Source: Limisphaerales bacterium | GTDB lineage: Bacteria; Verrucomicrobiota; Verrucomicrobiia; Limisphaerales; JAJOIW01 | DNA length: 64,000 nt | Assembly (NCBI GenBank): GCA_965657355.1 | Contig: CBFHOE010000005.1 | Coordinates: forward strand, 32,001-96,000 | Reading direction: 5' to 3' | Shown: positions 38,048 to 48,689 of the stretch, one piece after another | How the letters are laid out: each line of letters starts with the position of its first letter | Position numbering within the stretch: the stretch's first letter is position 1 | Translations under genes and position numbers: made by a program | Notes under the pieces: generated by a model | Told to the model about the DNA's origin: nothing | Seen by the model: the letters and a program-made list of their open reading frames with translations, nothing else | The model's database searches: none

Positions 38048-38959
38048 TTAACCATTTGCTCCTTTTACAAGGAAAATTTCGACAACAAAATATAAGATTG
38101 GGGCATTGAATAAAAGGCTATCGAGAAGATCTAAAACCCCACCGATACCGGGGAAGATCCCACCTGAATCCTTGAGCCCTGATTGTCTTTTGAAAAGTGA
38201 TTCTACGAGATCACCCGCAATTCCACCCACCCCCAGCAATAAACCAAGAAGGATTGCCCAGATGATGGAAAGCTCCCCGAAAATATCCTGTACGAAATAA
38301 AATATTAGAACACTGATACCTACAGAAGTAATGATGCCACCTAGAGCGCCCTCCCATGTTTTGCCGGGACTCAGCGTGGGGATCAGGGCATTTTTGCCAA
38401 TCAAGTTCCCGACAAAATAAGCTCCAGCATCACCACACTTGGTCACCGCGATCGCATAAATCACCAAGACCGGGCCATTAGCGTCTGGATGGTAAAAAAC
38501 ACGGATTAGAAAATTAAATAATATGGAAACGTAAACGACTCCAAAAAGCGTCGAAGATAGGGCATGGACAACCAGTTTGATATCACGGTGGGCACAAACC
38601 CCTACAATAAGCAATATGAGAACAAATGAGACCGCGAGTAACTCAACCGGCATACTACGAATGCGACCAAGGTCCAGATAACCCGCACTTTGAAGAAACT
38701 CCATCAAAGTGGTCAGGCATCCGGCACCAATTCCAAAAAAGTAGAAGGAGGGAAATTGCTTGGATTCTAATAATTTAAAAAATTCTCTCAATCCCAAGCC
38801 GACAAGAGTAACGGATAAAATCCCAACCATCGGATCCGAAATCGATCGATTGGGTGCAAGTAAAATCCCAAGCACTGCAGAGACCAAAATAATCGAACTT
38901 AGTATTCTTCGAAAAAGAACAGTTCGTTTATTTGGAGCGCTTTCGGATGTGACTGGCAT
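38048..38959 (-). CDS. cdsA: Phosphatidate cytidylyltransferase
   Basis: Motifs SPGKTWEG and GDLVESLFKRQSGLKDSG; multi-pass membrane protein in conserved synteny. Confidence 0.92.
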   Translation of the reverse strand: MPVTSESAPNKRTVLFRRILSSIILVSAVLGILLAPNRSISDPMVGILSVTLVGLGLREFFKLLESKQFPSFYFFGIGAGCLTTLMEFLQSAGYLDLGRIRSMPVELLAVSFVLILLIVGVCAHRDIKLVVHALSSTLFGVVYVSILFNFLIRVFYHPDANGPVLVIYAIAVTKCGDAGAYFVGNLIGKNALIPTLSPGKTWEGALGGIITSVGISVLIFYFVQDIFGELSIIWAILLGLLLGVGGIAGDLVESLFKRQSGLKDSGGIFPGIGGVLDLLDSLLFNAPILYFVVEIFLVKGANG

Positions 38960-38991
38960 GAGTTCTATCTTTCTAATCTCCCAAGATCAGT

Positions 38992-39723
38992 TCATAAGCC
39001 CCCAAACCTTCTATGCCTCTTGGAATACTCCTCCAAAGCATCGATAAGATCCTTTTCTCCAAATTCGGGCCAGTGGATACTTGAGACGACAAACTCTGCA
39101 TAAGATATCTGCCAAAGCAAAAAATTCGATAATCGAAACTCACCACTCGTTCGGATTAGTAATTCAGGATCCGGAAATGGGGCTGTGAAAAGATGCTGAG
39201 AAACTGATTCTTCATTGATATCTTCTGGATCAATTCCTCCATTTATCGCTTTTTTAGCGAGAGATCTTGTTGCTTCGACGATTTCCTGGCGTGCCCCATA
39301 GCTCAGGGCCAAAACCAAAGTGAGTCCGGAGTTGTCTTGAAGTTGTGATTTTGTTTCAGATAATTGCTGCCGTACTTTTTCTGGAAGTCGTTCCGTATGA
39401 CCGATTGTCTCGAGCTTAACGTTATTATTCATTAGTTCTCCAGTCTCATGTTTGAGATAATAAGCCAGGTATTTCATGAGTGTATCGACTTCAGCTTTCG
39501 GACGATTCCAGTTCTCAGCCGAGAAGGCATATAGTGTGAGGTATTTGATACCAAGTTGACCACAGAGACGAACAACTTTCCTGACTGTTTCTGCACCTCT
39601 TCGATGACCTTCAACTCGAGGTAGATGCCGTGACTTCGCCCAACGACCATTACCATCCATAATAATCGCCACGTGAACTGGCAGAACTTCGGCTGCCCTT
39701 TCTGAAAGTTGAAAGTCCGACAT
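38992..39723 (-). CDS. uppS: Isoprenyl transferase (undecaprenyl diphosphate synthase)
   Basis: Motifs HVAIIMDGNGRWA, YAFSAENWNRP and IRTSGEFRLSNFLLWQ. Confidence 0.96.
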   Translation of the reverse strand: MSDFQLSERAAEVLPVHVAIIMDGNGRWAKSRHLPRVEGHRRGAETVRKVVRLCGQLGIKYLTLYAFSAENWNRPKAEVDTLMKYLAYYLKHETGELMNNNVKLETIGHTERLPEKVRQQLSETKSQLQDNSGLTLVLALSYGARQEIVEATRSLAKKAINGGIDPEDINEESVSQHLFTAPFPDPELLIRTSGEFRLSNFLLWQISYAEFVVSSIHWPEFGEKDLIDALEEYSKRHRRFGGL

Positions 39724-39770
39724 AATGCATAATCAAAGGATCACCGGGCTCCCCTGATAAGGTTTTTTCC

Positions 39771-41069
<1,299 letters not shown>

Positions 41070-41083
41070 CTAGTCTGGACATT

Positions 41084-41108
41084 AAAAAACCCCGAACTGA
41101 TTCGGGGT
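41084..41108 (-). terminator. Rho-independent terminator after the DUF445 gene
   Basis: Minus strand ACCCCGAA-TCAG-TTCGGGG followed by TTTTTT. Confidence 0.7.
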
Positions 41109-41184
41109 AAACTCATGATAAATTGGTTTACTTTGTGAGCCTAGATAATTTCCTAATTTGTGTCAACGACTATAAGATTTGGTG

Positions 41185-41976
41185 TCAATTGTATTGAATG
41201 AAATACGCGATAAGCCCCATCAAGCCACCAAAAACCCCTCCCCAGACGACGAGCCATCCGAGGTGAATTCTAATCATATCTTGGATTATCTCCTTCACCA
41301 TTGATGGGGTCATTTCATTTAATCTTTCTTGAATGACGACGTCGACGTTCTCGAGCAAGTGGTCAGTTGAAATAAGCCCTGAGAGATGGGTTTTCATAGA
41401 TTTTTTAAATGCATCGGTTGAAGTAATTTCTTGAATCGATGATTTCATTTTCCCGGCAAATGGGCCACGCAAAGGTTCCAAAGCAGACTCACCGCCCACC
41501 ATGTTTAACATCCCGCCAAAAGGAGACTCTATAACAGCCTCCTTAAGAGAGTCGAAAGCAGGACTGAGATCGACATCATCAAGAACCTTACCCCAATCTA
41601 TGTTGGGAAAATCCGAATTACCCACACCCGCTTGCCCTAGGAATTTTTCCATGTTTTGTTTATTAAAAAACTGCTGCTTTAATAAATAGCGAATACCGCC
41701 TTTAAACTCTTCGAATCTTGTCGGTATAACCCCTGAGCCATAAAGGAGTGGAACTTTTTCAAAAAGCATGTGAACAGCAAGCCAATTGGTAATTGCACCA
41801 GAAAATGCAAACAGGCCTACATTCAAAAGAGGACCTTTTAATCCTTCTGGTAGTATGAGAGAAACGCCAATGATCGCTATGGTGATAAAATTTGTTATAA
41901 AACTTTTATTCCAAATCAAATGCGGTTTCGGCTGTTGCCCGGAGGCGGATGTCATTTGGGATTGATTATCTTCCAT
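41185..41976 (-). CDS. DUF445-family membrane protein
   Basis: Motifs SGAITNWLAVHMLFEKVP and HLGWLVVWGGVFGG. Confidence 0.85.
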   Translation of the reverse strand: MEDNQSQMTSASGQQPKPHLIWNKSFITNFITIAIIGVSLILPEGLKGPLLNVGLFAFSGAITNWLAVHMLFEKVPLLYGSGVIPTRFEEFKGGIRYLLKQQFFNKQNMEKFLGQAGVGNSDFPNIDWGKVLDDVDLSPAFDSLKEAVIESPFGGMLNMVGGESALEPLRGPFAGKMKSSIQEITSTDAFKKSMKTHLSGLISTDHLLENVDVVIQERLNEMTPSMVKEIIQDMIRIHLGWLVVWGGVFGGLMGLIAYFIQYN

Positions 41977-41986
41977 AGAAAAAATT

Positions 41987-43801
41987 TTACTTAGAAGTAA
42001 GAGTTAATTCCTCAAGCGTTTTTGTATTTTGAATTCGAGTTAATTTTGAGTAAAGACCATTGGATGCCAATAGCTCCTCATGAGTTCCTTTTTCGATTAT
42101 TTCACCAGCTTGCAAAACAAGAATTTGATCAGCTTTCTCGATAGTACTTAGGCGATGCGCAATGACAAAGCTTGTCCGGCCCACCATTAATCTATCCAGG
42201 GCTTCTTGGATTAGTCTTTCAGTCGCTGTATCAACGCTGGAAGTCGCCTCATCAAGGATTAAGATCGGAGAATCTTTTATAAGAGCCCGAGCAATGCTAA
42301 TTCTTTGCTTTTGCCCGACGCTTAACTTTACGCCTCGCTCCCCCACTTTAGTATCAAAATTCTCGGGGAGCTTCTCAATGAATTCCATGCAGTTCGCCGC
42401 TTCAGCGGCACTTTTAATCTCCTCTTCACTGGCGTTCATCGAACCATAAAGAATATTCTCTTTTATGGTTCCATTAAATAGAAATGGTTCTTGGGAAACG
42501 ACTGAGATTAGGTCTCGCAAGTCTGATAGTTTTAGAGAATTAATATTGTGTCCGTCTATCGAGATTACCCCTGAACTGACTGGGTAAAATGCTGGTATTA
42601 AATTGACTATTGTCGATTTACCTGCACCGGTAGGACCTACCAGGGCAATCGTCTCACCAGGTTTTGCTTTTAAGTCGATATTTTTTAGGATGGGAGAATC
42701 CGTCTCATATTGAAACGAAACCTTCTCAAAAGAAACACCACCAGCAATTAATTCTTTTCTTATGGATTTTGTTTTTGAGGAATCGAATCTCTCAGGCTCT
42801 CTGTCAAGAATATCGAATACTCTCTCTCCGGCGGCACGCGCGGACTGCATGAGCTGGTTAAGTCCATGAAGTCTTCTAATGGGCTCGTAGAAAAAGTTGA
42901 GATAAAGGAGAAAACCAACAAGTTCCCCAATTGCAAGCTGTCCTTTTAAAACCTGACTTCCGCCTATTCCCAAAACACATACGGTTCCAAGAGTACCCAG
43001 AAGATCCATTGACGGCGAGTAATTGGCCCAGGCTTGCATGACCTTTAAATTACCTTGCCGCATATCTTCAGCCCTGTCCGCAAATCGCCGGTCCTCATAA
43101 TTTTCACGGTGGAATGCCTTTATTTGCCGGTTTCCTTGTAAATTGTCAAAGAGAAGAGCATTCATGGCACTGGATGCTATCCTAAGGGCACGATACCGTG
43201 TGTGAGCCGTCAGAGTATACCATAGAGCACCTGCTACAAGGAACGGCATTGGGATGAGTGCCGCAAATGCAAGGGGCGGATGCAGATAAAGCATGAGCCC
43301 AAATGCGCCCCCTATACTAAGAATAGCAACAAGCCCTTGCTCAGTTCCATCAATTAGAATTCTTTCAACGTTATTGACATCTTCAATAACCCTAGTCATT
43401 AAATCACCCGAGGAACGTTGATCAAAATATGAAACAGGTAGCCTTTGCAGCTTGGCATAAACGTCACTTCTTAAATCAAATATAACATTCTGCTCAAGGT
43501 AGTTATTTACTCGTATTCTCAGACTATTAAAAATCGCGCTCAATATAAAGGCACCCGCAATGAGAGAAATGTAAGTTATCAGCTGGTCGGATTTCCCTCC
43601 CCCGATAACATCGTCGATGAGATGTTGAGTTAATTTCGGAAAAGAGAGCGCGAATACCTGAGACAGGACAGCGCAGAGCAAAGTCCCCAGGGTTAGTCCT
43701 GGGTAGCGGAATAAATATTTACTAACTCTCAGCAAAACTTCCTTTGCCGTTCGCTTGCGAGCCGAAAATGTTGGATCGTGATGACTACTGAATCTACCCA
43801 T
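41987..43801 (-). CDS. ABC transporter, fused permease and ATP-binding domains (MsbA-like exporter)
   Basis: N-terminal transmembrane domain; Walker A GPTGAGKS; signature LSVGQKQR; Walker B ILDEATS; IAHRLST. Confidence 0.93.
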   Translation of the reverse strand: MGRFSSHHDPTFSARKRTAKEVLLRVSKYLFRYPGLTLGTLLCAVLSQVFALSFPKLTQHLIDDVIGGGKSDQLITYISLIAGAFILSAIFNSLRIRVNNYLEQNVIFDLRSDVYAKLQRLPVSYFDQRSSGDLMTRVIEDVNNVERILIDGTEQGLVAILSIGGAFGLMLYLHPPLAFAALIPMPFLVAGALWYTLTAHTRYRALRIASSAMNALLFDNLQGNRQIKAFHRENYEDRRFADRAEDMRQGNLKVMQAWANYSPSMDLLGTLGTVCVLGIGGSQVLKGQLAIGELVGFLLYLNFFYEPIRRLHGLNQLMQSARAAGERVFDILDREPERFDSSKTKSIRKELIAGGVSFEKVSFQYETDSPILKNIDLKAKPGETIALVGPTGAGKSTIVNLIPAFYPVSSGVISIDGHNINSLKLSDLRDLISVVSQEPFLFNGTIKENILYGSMNASEEEIKSAAEAANCMEFIEKLPENFDTKVGERGVKLSVGQKQRISIARALIKDSPILILDEATSSVDTATERLIQEALDRLMVGRTSFVIAHRLSTIEKADQILVLQAGEIIEKGTHEELLASNGLYSKLTRIQNTKTLEELTLTSK

Positions 43802-44295
43802 ATGCTATGCGCTACTCATTATTCCCCAATTCCAGAAAATCAAAAATAATTATTATTTGGTCTCTGCACGGACGTCTTTAAAGGTGGCAAAAATCAGCAT
43901 TAAAGTTGGATTTTTTAAAAAAAAGAATTTGGTCAGTTTAATATCATTAATTAAGTCATATCAAACCGAAGAATGCTATAAGACAACGGGCTGCAGAAAC
44001 CATGACAAAAAACAAATTCAGCACCGCACCGGAGATAATTTAGAATGGAACCACTGTAAAAGTACACAAAAAACGGGTGATCAGTCGTTATGGTTGAGAG
44101 GAGGCTGCCTGAGGATGGCATAAGAGGTAAAAACGACTGTCACCCACTTCCATTTATTTAATTGGTTGATTCAGCAAAACAGTGAATAGGGACAAATCTG
44201 AATAAATCACAGGAAATTCCTTAAAAACAAATAGATTGACCGAAAAAGAGCAAAATCACACCTCCTTGAGTATATGGCTCATAAAAAACGCTTCA

Positions 44296-44835
44296 CTATT
44301 TACTGGAGAATTGTTCATCTTTGTTTTTAAAGAGAATATTAAAAGTTGTTAGAGATCCGTATGATTTTGAGATATATTGCTGAAGCTCAAATTTTTCTCC
44401 TTCACTCAAGCCTTTGTGGGAATTAATTTTTTGCTCCAATACCCTGAGATTATTTCTCACCATGGTAATTTTGTGAAAGAAAGTATCGATTGAGATATTT
44501 TTCGACTGTGATGAAGAATTTTGAGGCTGCAAGATAATGTTTCCACCCTCCCATTTGCTAGCCAGGCCTTCAATTGGAGAGTTTGAGTTTTGAAGGCCAA
44601 GATTTTCAATAGTTTCCTCTACAACTTTTTGTATCAAGAGGCCAAGAGATTGATTGAGGCCCTGAACATTTACTTGTGGCTCAGCGGGTTCAACGCCTGA
44701 TGAGTCAGGGCTAACAGTTTTTAGGACTCCATCAAATTCGATATCTGCCGCCTGTTGACGTATCGCCACTACTTCACCGTTACCATACATGGGATGACGG
44801 ATTTTCATTCCAATGGTAAGATCATTGATTTTCAT
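44296..44835 (-). CDS. Hypothetical protein with an N-terminal Tudor/SH3-like segment
   Basis: 179-aa ORF. IGMKIRHPMYGNGEV resembles small beta-barrel domains; the C-terminus looks helical. Confidence 0.65.
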   Translation of the reverse strand: MKINDLTIGMKIRHPMYGNGEVVAIRQQAADIEFDGVLKTVSPDSSGVEPAEPQVNVQGLNQSLGLLIQKVVEETIENLGLQNSNSPIEGLASKWEGGNIILQPQNSSSQSKNISIDTFFHKITMVRNNLRVLEQKINSHKGLSEGEKFELQQYISKSYGSLTTFNILFKNKDEQFSSK

Positions 44836-44879
44836 ATTTTACACACAAATGCTAAAGTTTATCTGATTAAATCAATAAA

Positions 44880-46490
44880 TTAGGGTTTCCAATTTTGATC
44901 AGGCACTCCTTTGGCAAAATCAACTACTACAGTATTTTCACTCATAGGCCCCGGAGTGGATCTGCCATTCGCGACGTATCGGGATAGAATATCGTAAAGC
45001 TCTTTTACTTTTTCAGGATACTTGGCATGTAAATTTTTTGATTCGGAGGGATCTGTTTTGAGATTGTATAGCTGAACAGGAGGAAGGGTCTTTGATTCTC
45101 TAGAACCTGGCTTGGGCTGACTCCAGCCGCCAGATCCGGGACAAAGAGATAATTTCCAATTTCCACTCCTTACAGCAAAGGATCCATTAATTGAGTGATG
45201 AACAACCGCACGCCGTTTACCCAGAAAATCAACATGAGTCATCTCCGTGTCACCTTTTATGATTTTCAAAAATGAGAAACTATCTTCGCCTGTTTTTGAA
45301 TCTACCGCTTGACCAGCTATCTCAGCACAAGTCGAGAGAAAGTCTGTCTGACATATCAAACTGTCGGATCTACTCCCAGCCGCCACCTGTCGTGGCCAGT
45401 GAACGATAAATGGAACCCTGTGCCCACCTTCGTAAATGTCGGCTTTATGCCCTCTCCAAGGAGCGTTAGCGAAGTGTCCCTTACCCTCCATCTCTTTTAG
45501 GTTGGCAGCAGGTGAGCAACCATTGTCGGTCGAGAAGATAAATAGAGTATCCTCAAGTATATCATTTCTTTGGAGGCATCTGTAAACGGTCCCCACCAAT
45601 TGATCGACTTGCATAGTAAAATCACCATAGTCATTTAACTGACTACGGCCAACCCACTCAGACGAAGGGACTATTGGGGTATGTGGTGCAGCTAGAGGAA
45701 CATATAGAAAAAAAGGTTTCCCGCTTTTTGAGTCAGGAGCCCACTTATTAATTTTCCTTATAGTTTCATAAGCCAATCTGGGCATGACGTCGACAGCTTC
45801 AAAATCAATATCCGCTGGCCCTTTGCGATTAAATGCTTTTTCAACTACTTGAGTAACAAGTGGCCTGTCATTTCTTATGTAAACATAAGGCGGCATATCC
45901 AAAGAGGCACTAATTCCAAAGAAGTGATTAAATCCTAAACTTGTTGGACCTTGGGTGATTGGTTTTGAAAAATCCACGGCCCAGCCCTGTCTGTATTTTG
46001 ATTTCCAAGTATTCCCGTCGTCGGCAATCCCATCAGTCAAAAGAGGCCAATTCATTCCGAGGTGCCATTTCCCGATGCAGCTTGTGTGATATCCTGCACT
46101 CTGAAGAATATTAGCAACAGTTGATCTTCCATCTTCGATGAGTCTTTTGGAAAACCCCCAGGTGACACTGGCCTGTAATCTTGATCTCCAATTGTATCGA
46201 CCGGTCAATAATGCATAGCGAGTGGGAGTGCAGACCGATGAACTTGTGTGAGCATCAGTAAAAACCATTCCTCCTTTGGCTAATTTATTGAGATGTGGAG
46301 TCGGTATTTTGCTATTGCGGTTGTATGCCTCGACATCTCCATAGCCCATATCATCAGCTAAAATAAAAATGATGTTAGGGGGCTTTTCCTCGGATTCCAT
46401 TGCCTGGAGGTTTGAGCCGAGTAAGTTTATCGTAAGAATAAGAAAAATCAGAAGGTGCAGAGATTTCTCTTTATTTGAGATTTTGGCCAT
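44880..46490 (-). CDS. Secreted arylsulfatase (formylglycine-dependent)
   Basis: Signal peptide; motifs PNIIFILADD, CTPTRYALLTG (CxPxR), GKWHLG, TDNG and EGGHRVPF. Confidence 0.93.
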   Translation of the reverse strand: MAKISNKEKSLHLLIFLILTINLLGSNLQAMESEEKPPNIIFILADDMGYGDVEAYNRNSKIPTPHLNKLAKGGMVFTDAHTSSSVCTPTRYALLTGRYNWRSRLQASVTWGFSKRLIEDGRSTVANILQSAGYHTSCIGKWHLGMNWPLLTDGIADDGNTWKSKYRQGWAVDFSKPITQGPTSLGFNHFFGISASLDMPPYVYIRNDRPLVTQVVEKAFNRKGPADIDFEAVDVMPRLAYETIRKINKWAPDSKSGKPFFLYVPLAAPHTPIVPSSEWVGRSQLNDYGDFTMQVDQLVGTVYRCLQRNDILEDTLFIFSTDNGCSPAANLKEMEGKGHFANAPWRGHKADIYEGGHRVPFIVHWPRQVAAGSRSDSLICQTDFLSTCAEIAGQAVDSKTGEDSFSFLKIIKGDTEMTHVDFLGKRRAVVHHSINGSFAVRSGNWKLSLCPGSGGWSQPKPGSRESKTLPPVQLYNLKTDPSESKNLHAKYPEKVKELYDILSRYVANGRSTPGPMSENTVVVDFAKGVPDQNWKP

Positions 46491-46672
46491 ACAAATAGCT
46501 CATATCCTAAATCCGGTCGTCCTACAAGCAACTATGCCTTTTTGAGGAGATCAAAATGTCTCATATGCACATATCGTGTATTACAAATGAAAACGCATTG
46601 GAATTATATTGCGAAGTGTTATGATGTACAGGAAACCGGTCGTAGCAAAGTAAAGCCATTTTACAGGAGACA

Positions 46673-47713
46673 GTGAATACCCACGATTCAAGCAAGAAAA
46701 TCCCAGAATCAGAAAAAAGCAGTGACCGCTCAATCCCATTCAGGAGTGATGGTATTCTTTCACAAAAGGAACTCGAGATCTTCACCAAAAAGAATACAGC
46801 TTTGTCTTATGACCCATTACAAGCCGGCTGGATCCTGAAAGAAAGCCGTAATGACCTGATAGGATTTCGAGAATGCTTACCCAAAAAATCAAATTCCTCC
46901 TCGTTTCTTGAAAGCAGACGTCGTGACTTATTAAATGGCCACATGGCAGAAATCCAGAGGGCATGGATTCCGGAGCTGAGAAGGTTGAGAACGATTTTGG
47001 AATCCAATGAGGTAAGCATTTCGGAAATACTTTTGGAGGCCACCGAGGCGTTTGATCGTCTAACAAATAAAGAGTTTGAATCTGTTGAAATTGAGTTAGA
47101 AGATCATTTTAGAACTCAGTTACTATGCTCGTTATTTGCGACGAATCGCCTATCACAAGAATTTAAAAGCAAACACATAACCTTTAGAAATTGGGAAGCC
47201 AATGATTTGGAGGATTACCACTCATTTCTTAATCAAGAGGAAATGTGGCACTGGATTCCTGATGCTATGCCAGAACCTTTCACCAAAGAAATCGCACGCC
47301 AATTTTTGGACTTAGCTATGCGGTCAGGCAGGCATGATGTAAATGCAATCGAATTCAAGGGAGAACTTGTTGGGCAGATTAGATTATTACACGACCCTCC
47401 GAGCAAGATTGAAGGATTTCTTGAAAAAGCCCCATATCGGGTAGCCGAAATTTCATTCTGGATAGGTAAGCCGTTTTGGGGACAAGGGATTATGAAATCA
47501 GCCCTCAGTTCTTATATGACGGAGTTGAGTAGGACGAAGGAATGGGATGCGGTATACGCTTGGATACACCCCGGAAATGTGGCTTCTGCCAAAGCGATCG
47601 AAAATGCGGGTTTTGTTCGTGATCCATGGGGGCTAGAATCCAGAGTCGCATCTTTTATGAGAATAGACGGGTATCTTCGATTCTTTAACTTTTTTTCAAA
47701 AAAGGAAAAATAA
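46673..47713 (+). CDS. GNAT acetyltransferase (RimJ/RimL-like C-terminal domain) with an unknown N-terminal half
   Basis: Motifs EISFWIGKPFWGQG and IHPGNVASAKAIENAGF; GTG start. Confidence 0.75.
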   Translation: MNTHDSSKKIPESEKSSDRSIPFRSDGILSQKELEIFTKKNTALSYDPLQAGWILKESRNDLIGFRECLPKKSNSSSFLESRRRDLLNGHMAEIQRAWIPELRRLRTILESNEVSISEILLEATEAFDRLTNKEFESVEIELEDHFRTQLLCSLFATNRLSQEFKSKHITFRNWEANDLEDYHSFLNQEEMWHWIPDAMPEPFTKEIARQFLDLAMRSGRHDVNAIEFKGELVGQIRLLHDPPSKIEGFLEKAPYRVAEISFWIGKPFWGQGIMKSALSSYMTELSRTKEWDAVYAWIHPGNVASAKAIENAGFVRDPWGLESRVASFMRIDGYLRFFNFFSKKEK

Positions 47714-47729
47714 ATTCCCTCATTTATCT

Positions 47730-48689
47730 ATGCACGAGGATAAATTTTTATCAGTCGAGATCGGGGGGACCAAACTCCAAGTTGCACTGGGGTATGGAAG
47801 CGGGACAATCATAAAAAAAGAAATCATACCTGTTTACCCGGCAAAGTCGGCCCGTGAAATACTCAGCAAATTAAAAAAACCATTACTTGATCTGATTGAG
47901 GATGATCTACCCAAAGCAATCGGAGTCGGCTACGGTGGCCCTGTCAATCGGTTTGAAGGGTCCATCATCTGCTCTCATCAAATTGAAGGATGGGAAGGGT
48001 TTCATTTAAAAAAATGGTTCGAAGAAACATCCTCAGTCAAAACAATTATTGAAAATGATGCTAATGTCGCAGCACTAGGTGAGGCGTTATCAGGCGCTGG
48101 AAAAGAATCAGCTAGCACTTTTTATATCACACTCGGCAGTGGCGTAGGTGCAGGATTCGTTAAAAACAAAAAAATTTTTCATGGGGAACACCCGACAGAA
48201 ACTGAGTTTGGCCACATAAGAATCGACAAATCCGGCGAAACTGTTGAATCAAGATGCTCTGGCTGGTCAGTAGACAATCAATTAATAGCCGCCTACAAAA
48301 AAACAGCTTCCACCGAACTTAAGGTTTCCTTGGAATCCTATCATCAAAAAACGGGACATAAAGGAGGGGAAGCGAGCGTATTAAGAGAACTCATTAATAA
48401 AAACAACGCCGAAGCCCTCAGGATTATGGAAGAACTCTCGGAGAATCTTGCCTTTGCGCTGAGTCATGTCGTACACCTGCTAAACCCGGGTATCGTCACT
48501 TTCGGAGGCGGGCTCAGCAAACTGGGATCAGCACTCACTGAAAAAATTGAGTTAAAGCTGAGGAGATACACAATGGAGGCTATTTCAGAAATACCCTCAA
48601 TCAAGACCTCTGAATTAGGAGACGAAGTCGTACCATGCGGCGGTCTCATTCTCGCCTCGCAATATCATCATCAATCTGATGATTGCTGA
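47730..48689 (+). CDS. ROK-family sugar kinase (glucokinase-like)
   Basis: Motifs EIGGTK, ENDANVAALGE, TLGSGVGAG, EFGH and FGGGLS. Confidence 0.88.
   Translation: MHEDKFLSVEIGGTKLQVALGYGSGTIIKKEIIPVYPAKSAREILSKLKKPLLDLIEDDLPKAIGVGYGGPVNRFEGSIICSHQIEGWEGFHLKKWFEETSSVKTIIENDANVAALGEALSGAGKESASTFYITLGSGVGAGFVKNKKIFHGEHPTETEFGHIRIDKSGETVESRCSGWSVDNQLIAAYKKTASTELKVSLESYHQKTGHKGGEASVLRELINKNNAEALRIMEELSENLAFALSHVVHLLNPGIVTFGGGLSKLGSALTEKIELKLRRYTMEAISEIPSIKTSELGDEVVPCGGLILASQYHHQSDDC

Noticed and set aside
43857..44123. 88-aa plus-strand ORF in the intergenic gap
   Set aside because: It has a TTG start, AT-rich promoter-like sequence and no recognisable motif, so it is likely spurious.
48671..48689. 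19-bp overlap of the convergent ROK and ClpX-like genes
   Set aside because: Short 3' overlaps are common in compact genomes, and there is no sign of truncation.
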